32,838 nt of DNA, taken from positions 1-32,838 of the forward strand of contig JBBMKC010230520.1 of assembly GCA_037834085.1 (NCBI GenBank). Direction: 5' to 3'. The DNA comes from Bipalium vagum (taxonomy: Eukaryota). A model generated the notes under the pieces. That model saw only the letters and a list, made by a program, of their open reading frames with translations, was not told the DNA's origin and did no database searches. Shown here one piece after another: positions 25,501 to 32,838 of this stretch; the first letter of the stretch is position 1; each line of letters opens with the position of its first letter. The position numbers were made by a program, and so were the translations under genes.

Positions 25501-28500
25501 CTGAAAATAATGATGATCCGAACTGCGGCATTCGGCCGTGCAGTTTTTCGTTTCTGGTGAAACCAAGATAAGATTTTTAAGCCTGGGGACTGTGTAAATG
25601 GACGTGCTTTTTACGTTCATACCATAATCATTTTTAGCCATAAACATAAATGAATGATCTTGATAAATAGTTTGCCCAATTGTTTTACGGAGATTGTATA
25701 CGGAGTATGTTGCAATCTCAGTGTTTGCGTTTTTGCTCGTAGTAGACGTGAAGTTTAGTTCACTTAAATATGGATACGACAATTGGAGACTATTTTGTGA
25801 TAACTTTAATGGACTATTGAATGGAATTACTTGCTTATTGATTTTCATGATCTGAATAAACAGCTTTCATTAATTATTGACCATGAGTCTTACGTATTAT
25901 TATTATTATTAATAACGCAAACGTTACAGTTGAGTTTTCCATAGTTTATTTATCATTGTGACTTTAAAATTCTATAACTGTATTATATCTGGCGCAAATG
26001 TTAAAATTGGAGTTCATAAGTTTATGGAAGTAACTTATGTCATCGATTATAAACTAAACAGATTATTGAAAAAATCTTTTTCAAGTTTTTCATTTAGAGC
26101 AATATAAGAAAAAGTAAACCAATCATTTTCATAATGATTTAAAAATAAAAATCTTTTTATTAATTTTTAAAAAAATTAAACATTAAATAAACAGTTTATA
26201 TTACTGTCATGAAATTTCCTTTTATTAGGTCGTCTAAAAATAGATATAACATATAAAAAGATTAATATTCATGTCATTAGAGAACTCAAAGTCACTTGAT
26301 ATTTTCCAACTGGCAGGAAATACAATGTGACAAAGTAGTCTCATTATTGATAATAATGTGTGACCAAAAAGATATAACTTCTACAAAATACCAAGTGCCA
26401 TTCCTAAATGTTGCACCCTGAATGATTTCTTTTTCTTCATTAGCGAATGAACAACCATTTTGCACAAACCTTGCTTATTCCCAAGTAATCATAGATAATT
26501 TACTGCAAAGTACCATGAGGACAACCAATAAATTCCTCGATCTCATCAAAGGTTTTTCGTCGGTCGTCCTTCAATAGATAATGCACACGAACAATAAATC
26601 AATCTGAAATTGATGTTATTGATGCATCACCTCGTGTATTATCATCAAGTGATTCCTTTCTGAAACAAGCGCGTTATCCATATGCTGACTGTGGATCTAG
26701 AAGCTGCACTTTCTTCGAAATGTAGCTTTAGTTTATCAGCAGCTCTGATTGTACACTATTGTTCGTAAAAAAACTTACCCATCACTAAAATGATATGACA
26801 GAACAAATGTTTCTAGCTACGTTATACTCCAATACCTAAAAGTGTCATACGCAACACAAACATTAAACAACTTGAGCTATTCAGGAGCTATGTTGATTTT
26901 ATTAACAGCTACAAATTCTATAAAATGATCACTCCTCTACAGGATTTTAGGTACATCCATCATATTTCAATTCCTAAGTTGCGTTTTCAATAATTTTGGA
27001 GTTTCATGAAATAACTAATGACATGAAATACAAGGAAATCAATTAACTATAATTGAATTATATATATTTGTTAGACTAAGTTTGTTTTAATATTTAATAA
27101 TTAGTTTTTGAAGTCAGAATTGTTTATTATGTTTCAATTAAAACAAGATTTAACTGGCGACCACACCGAAAATCTTAATTTAATTATGAAACATTAAATG
27201 CTTTGTCAAAGAAGGCACAAGAATTGTTGTCGTTTCAAATGCGCAAATTCAATGAGGCCGAGAAATGGCTAAGAGAAATCGAAGATTGGCTGCACATCAA
27301 TGAACTTTGCTTGGTCGGTGTTTTTAATCTGTTATTTACGGATGAAGCCGTTATTTTTGTAGAAAATTTTAAATCAGAAGTTACGACAGTACCCGATGTT
27401 AAACAATGTTTCCTAGATACCGTCAGTAAGCGCGGACAACGAATTTTTTGATTGGAGATTCAGTGTTGGCAAGGTGAAACCACACCACAATTGAAAAATA
27501 TTTGCATCCTAAAGATCTGACAACCAAGGTGAGACAATTGTGGAGAAATAGAGATTTGTCAGTTACCATAAAAGAAAAAATTATCTATTTATTATTTTGT
27601 CAATATTTACATTACTTAAGTGAATATGAAAGATTTTGTATCAATTTGAATGTTATGACTGCGGTTTATACGGCAAGATAGTTTATATTATACATAGTTT
27701 AAATCTGAATAAAATAATTTGTTTCTCTCAAACAATTTAATATTAAGCGAGTTTTCAAACCAAATCTTCTTGAAAATCATAAACATATTGAAAATTGGGA
27801 GTTAAAATAATTTGAAATTTTAATAAAAATGGCATCAATATTAAAGATAATTTTACTATTTCTGTTGGTTCACCGCTGTAAATACAAGTGAAATCTGCAC
27901 CTTCAAATTCCCAAACATGGCGAATTAGAGGTAAGCAGTTTCTTGAAGGAATAGGAGGCCCAATTACTTTAACATTTATTTTCATATCAATTTGGTCTTT
28001 ATTGTCTGCTACAGCAAGATTGTACATCCCCTCCATGTCTGAGGTAATGTCTCCGATAAAATTAACTTTATATTTGTCTATGGTTCTGAAGGCTCCGTTA
28101 TTCAAAGGTTGAGTTTTAAAATACCAAGTGGCTTGAGCTACTCGAGGAGCAGCATATAAACAATAAATAGCTACATGTGGAAATAATTCCGCGGTTTTTG
28201 TCTAAAATTCAGCTCAATAAGTTTGATGTCATTAATTTTTAATATGTATACCTTTCTACTGAATATGTTAACATTTTGTTCTAGTTTTGATATAGCCTTT
28301 ATTTTTCCAGTATATTCAGACTGGAAGCCATTGAATATCACTCCACTTTCAATGTCAATTCCCGAATATCGCTTAACATACGTACTGATAGGAACTGCAA
28401 GATTATTTTTCTTTGTATAACACATAAGAGCATATGATAGTTCAGGATCATGAGATTCTTCTTTAATATGAAATATATTTAAGTCTCCATCGCTATTGAC

Positions 28501-29577
28501 AAAATAATTCCAATTGTCCATTTCTTTCAGTTCCCTTGGTCGTAGAGTTTGATCGTCCTCTTTCCATTTTACAGTGGTAAAATCAGTACATTTTTTAAAT
28601 GACATTTTTTCAGTGGCTTTCAATGGTTGTTTGGAAATTTTTACCGGGCACACCACCCAGCTTACAGGACTGGAAAATTCTTGATTGATCCAAGAGGGTT
28701 TCGATGGGTTCAACTTCAGATTACTTTGAGTACATTTAAATGTCCGTGGTAAAGAACTTCTGGTAACATCTTCTACATCTTGGATTCGAGAATCGTCATT
28801 AGACATTACTAAATCTTTAGAAAGATAAATATTTGTGTTATTACTCAACTTCTATGCTTACTTTGTTCCCAAAAAACTGTATCTCTAATCTGAATATTAT
28901 TCGACCTGATATCAAAGTTTCCTCTAGAATCAGAGGCTTCACAGTAATAGTTACCGGACGAATCTATACCATTGTCTGTGAAAGTAAAAGTTACTTTCAT
29001 ACCTTTTAGAATTAAATTTTAAAAATGGGTTTCATTAAATATTCCGTGTTACCTTTTAACCCAGGGGTATTTGTATCAGCTTCTATTTTACCAAAATCGT
29101 GAGCTACAGGTTGTGGGTGTTCACCATCATTTAAAGTGACAAGACACTTATCTTCCTGATGTAAAATTTACTTAACAAAATATTTCTCAGGCTGAAAATA
29201 AGTTTACCCTGCAGAATTTGTATGAAATAACACTATGTGGATTGTAACCAGAAATAAAACAAAATATGGATATGGAATTTGAGTATCCAAGCATATTTCT
29301 AATTATTACAATTTCTTCACCAAAAGACATATCTAATTGTGGACCACCTGTGGTCAGTTTTAAAGAAATCACTGTTTCCAAATTATTACTAAAACCCGAA
29401 GCACTCCACCTGATAGTATTCATAAGACCTGAGATATAACATAAATCACTTTTAAAGGTTCAAAAAAATTACGAAAATTTATGCAAAAAAATATCAGAAA
29501 TTTGATCATAATTTTTATAAATTCTTATTACCGGAAATCTGATATGAAATCAAAATTATTTTATGATTACTAGCCAT
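22538..29577 (-). CDS. L1CAM/neuroglian/SAX-7-family Ig cell-adhesion molecule, atypical (5 Ig, no FnIII, TM, L1-type cytoplasmic tail), ~830 aa; first exon uncertain
   Basis: Phase-consistent exon chain on the - strand: (29577-29532 tentative), 29428-29208, 29155-29053, 29002-28862, 28814-28252, 28201-27857, 25851-25363, 25281-25074, 23777-23664, 23619-23541, 23493-23378, 22608-22538. Ig motifs: SIFCFISG...SGNYYCEAS; DGDLNIFHI; IYCLY...TWYF; FTCIYSGEP...AKNDYG; FQCRI...HYWTIN...IQC. TM segment WIIAVILVLLILLIMIILLA. Tail RNKGETYQLDKIERQHGYDPEKEVQDEIFKPYE...GSGDDGELDVYDLDPSNFNEDGSIIGKYGANPRNRAMT* follows the L1-family pattern KGGKY..., SDDSL.DY, FNEDGSFIGQY. Confidence 0.85.
23017..23205. repeat. 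Compound (AAT/AGT)n microsatellite followed by an opposite-orientation (TAT)n run, in the last intron of the L1-like gene
   Basis: Directly visible; it explains the spurious poly-Asn/poly-Tyr/Leu ORF at 23013-23249. Confidence 0.9.
23961..24056. repeat. ~96-bp foldback or tiny MITE
   Basis: AGAGCTTCCAAAT (23961-23973) / ATTTGGAAACTCT (24044-24056) pair at 12 of 13 positions; there is an inner TGAGT/ACTCA pair around an ATT/AAT core. Confidence 0.55.
24060..24420 (-). mobile_element. Probable piggyBac-like transposase N-terminal remnant
   Basis: VELKEFLGMFL...ESRRFRTINLHF...SLYKI resembles the piggyBac motifs El.aFlGl, MSR.RF..I...LHF and D.LYK. Confidence 0.5.
26268..27027 (-). mobile_element. 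Internally deleted mariner with intact TIRs, in an intron of the L1-like gene
   Basis: Perfect inverted repeat TTCATGTCATTAG (26268-26280) / CTAATGACATGAA (27015-27027). The interior encodes AASRSTVSIW...RVHYLLKDDRRKTFDEIEEFIGCPHGTLQ*IIYDYLGISKVCAKW (mariner HTH up to the WVP motif); the catalytic domain is absent. Confidence 0.75.
27155..27560 (+). mobile_element. Possible Ty3/Gypsy LTR-retrotransposon fragment (PBS plus gag N-terminus)
   Basis: TGGCGACC at 27155 is PBS-like, about 50 nt before an ORF containing EAEKWLREIEDWLHINEL...LLFTDEAV, which resembles the gag capsid W..E motif. No pol or clear LTR pair is visible. Confidence 0.4.
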
Positions 29578-30137
29578 GTAGTTGATTTATTAAAACAACA
29601 ATCAAAGAATACACATTTTTAGTAATTTATGAAATTAAATTAACTAATTATATATATATTTCTTATATAAGTTATAATTGTATAGGATGATATAATAAGT
29701 TTATTTTTTTAATATAATGACTTTAGAATAACATTTTTTAATAAAATAATAATTTTACAATATAATTCGATAACGCACTTATTTGATTAATTAACTTATG
29801 TTTATTCATTGATCAACTATTTATTTGTCAACTTCATTTCTTAATTTTTTCTTAATTATAAGATATTGGGCGAATTTAGATATATATATGAAGTGAAAAT
29901 AGATAGCCACTTTTTACGGAATTCAACATCTTATTTAATAAGCAATTCTAATTAATTAATTTATAATTATTATATTTTCGTAGAACAGAAATAGAAAAAT
30001 TAAAGATTTAGCGATGATTTGGTAAAGGTTAAAAACTAAAGCGAGGAAATTCAAATTTGCAAAGAAGACAGAAGTACGACGAACATATAATATGAGGTTT
30101 AGGGATTCGACCAGATTGAAAAATTGTCTAAAAAGTA

Positions 30138-31435
30138 CAGTTCCCGCTAAAAGTCTTCGGTCACCATGTAAAAAAGCCTAGTTTATCTTTTAGTTATTTA
30201 TTTTTTTATTGATACATTTTGATTAATGAGTTAATAATATTTTGTAGAGAAATCTAAATATGCCAAGTAAGGAATTATTGCCAGAAAAACGGGCACAAAT
30301 CATTGACCTACATGAAATAGGATTATCAAATCGTGATATTTCTATTCAACTCCAAATTCAGCGTTCTACTGTTAGATATACCTTGCAGAGGGATGTCTGT
30401 CATCACGGTACTACTGACCGCTTTCACTCACTGCAACGATCTGGAAGACCTCGTGTGACAAGCAAGCAGACAGACAGAGTCATCCGCCGATCAGTTGTAA
30501 TCGATCCTACTACTACAGCATCTTATATACAATCATCCCTCTTGCAAATTCCACATGCTCCTAGTGTTCGTACCATTCAACGTCGCTTGCAGTATGAAAG
30601 TGGACTAAAATGCTGTCGAACTTCCAAAAAACCATTTTTATCTCCTAAAAATATTAGTGATCGCTTATGATTTGCTAAAGCTCATACCCACTGGAGAGTA
30701 GATGAATGGCAAAAGGTGCAGTTCAGCAACGAAACAATGATATCTCAGTTCAACAGCTACTGTCAGCATGTTGGTCGACCTGTTGGACAGAGATACAATC
30801 CCAAATATGTGGTTACAACTGTCAAAAATTCTCCTAAGGGCATGGTTTGGGGAAGCATATCTGCAGCAGGGTGTGGAGGCTTTCATATTGTCCCACAAAA
30901 TGAAACCATGAAAGCTGACAACTATTTACAATTGTTACAAGATATACTACCGCAAAGGATGATGGCGCACAAAACAAGTGTATTTCAACAGAATAGGGGT
31001 CCGTGTCATCGTGCGAAGAAGGTTATGCGGTGTTTTGATACCAAATCCTTTGATGTTCTATCACCATAGCCTGGTTCTTCTCCCGATCTAAACCCTATAG
31101 AAAATGTTTGGGTCTTACTTAAGAAAAAAGTGGCAAGCAAACACCCAACTTTATTGGTACAACTAAAAGAAGCAATCAGGCAAGTATGAACACTTGAGAT
31201 AACAACAGAATATTGTAGAACACTGATTGATTCCATACCCAATCGCATCCAAACTGTCATTTCAGCCCGTGGACATTATATAAATTATTAAAATATAATT
31301 ATAAATGTTCTTGTGAACTTATTTCTAATGTTGTTAACGTTCTTTACATTTGTACAATAAATATTAATGAATAGAATCATATAAATGCTTTTTTCTAGAA
31401 TTTTAAGAGTGGCCAAAGAATTTTGGCGGGTATTG
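30138..31435 (+). mobile_element. Full-length Tc1-like transposon (1298 bp), inactive
   Basis: TA TSDs at 30136-37 and 31436-37. Imperfect 27-bp TIRs: CAGTTCCCGCTAAAAGTCTTCGGTCAC and (reverse complement) CAATACCCGCCAAAATTCTTTGGCCAC. Confidence 0.93.
30260..31291 (+). pseudogene. Tc1 transposase pseudogene (343 codons, three in-frame stops, no frameshift)
   Basis: Single frame: RSGRPR, KKPFLS, VQFSNE, MVWGSIS, FQQNRGPCH, *PGSSPDLNPIENVW. Stops at 30668-70, 31067-69 and ~31187-89. Confidence 0.9.
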
Positions 31436-31590
31436 TAGATAAAAATCTTATCTGAGAAAGAAATTGGAATCTTCAATTTTTTAGATTTTTTTCATCTGTG
31501 AACTTTTATCCCTCAAGTGATTATCAAGATTAAAAAATAAGTGAAAATCTGTTATCCAGTAATTTTTTAAAAATTATGAAGTTAAAGTTA

Positions 31591-31591
<1 letters not shown>

Positions 31592-31663
<72 letters not shown>
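31592..31663. repeat. (AAT)24 perfect microsatellite
   Basis: 72 nt of uninterrupted AAT. Confidence 0.97.
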
Positions 31664-31665
<2 letters not shown>

Positions 31666-31847
31666 ACATTAATTAATAATGTGAAAAATTAATTTTGAAT
31701 GAATACATCGAACTAATAATAATAACAACAATGGGAGTAATGATAATAATGAATATTAATTAATTATTAAATGGATATACAGAAGTCTCGGAGTCGAGGC
31801 TTTGATGTGTTGGGTTTTTTGTAAATGGAAAATTAATAATTGAGAGG

Positions 31848-32310
31848 GAAATAAACTTCGTCGTCGGAGTAATTAATTTATCCCATTGTCTAACTTTGTG
31901 TCGGCGTAGAGACAGTTAGAAATAAAGGGCTATTGGTGGAAATAGCCGTCTCGAAGCATAGGGGCTGGTGATCGTAGACCAATCTCTATGACTATATGAA
32001 GACTATTCTTCATATGACTATTCCCAGAAATTTGCCTAGAAGCTGAACGATTAAAGATGACAATTTTCAAAGAGAAGGTTTCAAAGCGGACAATTTGATT
32101 TCAGTAATTACAATTCTTTCCGTGGATATGCTAATGCAAGAGGATTTACCAAGGGGACCAATAGAGTTTGGGAATTCCTAGGTGACCTGTAAAGGCCCCA
32201 GAGGATGACCTGGGAATCCCTTGTCGCTCCTGGTGAGATCGTTACATTTTTATAACTATATCTTTTTTTTGTGATCATCTCATGGCATTTATCTGAAATT
32301 TGTTTAATTA
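31848..32310. repeat. Unclassified interspersed repeat, copy B (interrupted by a mariner insertion)
   Basis: Inverted homologue of ~12080-12552. It lies ~185 nt from (AAT)24 on the same side as copy A's tail, and is followed by the TA and TIR of a mariner at 32311. Confidence 0.85.
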
Positions 32311-32312
32311 TA

Positions 32313-32838
32313 TTAGGTTGTTTGGACATAAATTAGCGTTTATATAAGGTAACTTTCGATGATTTTATTGTATATAAAATACGTATGAATGTATTTCAAA
32401 TTTGATTCTTAGATGATAAGGATTCATATTCTATATTAATTTGTTTTACTGCTTTAAATTAAAGGATATTTTGGCACAGTTTTAAAATGTTAACAAACTA
32501 GCAAATTAGAGCAATATATCTCTACGAATTTAAACTTGGAAATTCTGCCGCAGATGCAACCAGAAATATAAACAGAGCTTTCGGAGATCATTATGTAGCA
32601 GAACCGTTATGTATCGTTATGTAGCAAACCGTTGGTGGTTTGCCAAATTCCTTCTTGGAAAATTTGATCTCAGTGTTGCAGAGGGTCGTGGGCGGAAAAC
32701 TTCAGTGGACAATGATGATTTGAAGACAATTATTGAATCAAACACACAGAATACAGTAAGTAATTTATCCAAGCAATTATCAGTATCTATTTCAACTGTT
32801 TCTCAACACCTAAAGGAAATTGGCAAGGTTAAAAAGTT
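32313..32838 (+). mobile_element. Mariner element (cecropia/Hsmar1-like), 5' part, running off the window end; pseudogene
   Basis: TA|TTAGGTTG... TIR. From ATG 32487: MLTN*QIRAIYLYEFKLGNSAADATRNINRAFGD...WWFAKF...GRGRKTSVDNDDLKTIIESN...LSVSISTVSQHLKEIGKVKK. Confidence 0.9.

Noticed and set aside
27617-27705. Apparent extra exon of the L1-like gene (acceptor ttttattcag, donor gtaatg)
   Set aside because: Stops in all three frames, and the flanking exons 27857 and 25851 already join in phase.
31914-31947. agttagaaataaagggcta...gaaatagc resembles part of the SpCas9 sgRNA/tracrRNA scaffold
   Set aside because: Short AT-rich match with the segments in the wrong order; no Cas, TnpB or Fanzor ORF and no repeat-spacer array in the window.
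31964-32000. Hammerhead-ribozyme-like CTGATGA plus stem in the repeat consensus
   Set aside because: The required GAAA after stem II and a stem III/NUH site are not present in either copy, so it cannot be called a hammerhead.
1-32838. CRISPR arrays, tRNA or rRNA genes, prokaryotic operons or defence systems
   Set aside because: None seen; the sequence is spliceosomal-intron-containing eukaryotic DNA with no regularly spaced repeat-spacer structure.

Overview
This is very AT-rich eukaryotic (animal) genomic DNA, not prokaryotic: it has GT-AG mini-introns of mostly 41-56 nt, (AAT)n microsatellites and many decayed DNA transposons. The style suggests a planarian-type flatworm, but that is inference only. 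Two convergent intron-containing genes can be assembled by hand. (1) A + strand SCLT1 homologue (centriole distal-appendage coiled-coil protein), 12 exons at 3288-7865, about 654 aa. (2) A - strand L1CAM/neuroglian-family adhesion protein at about 29577-22538, about 830 aa, 5' end unresolved. The second is unusual: five divergent Ig domains join the TM segment with no Ig6 or FnIII repeats, two Ig domains lack the second canonical Cys, and the ankyrin motif reads FNEDGSIIGKY instead of FNEDGSFIGQY. The rest is a transposon graveyard: Tc1 (including a full-length copy with 35-residue D-E spacing), DD41D, several mariners, a NeSL/R2-type non-LTR fragment, and probable piggyBac and Gypsy-gag fragments. 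There are also two inverted copies of an unclassified, hairpin-rich repeat bordered by (ATT)n. All calls come from manual reading and remembered family motifs; no searches were run.
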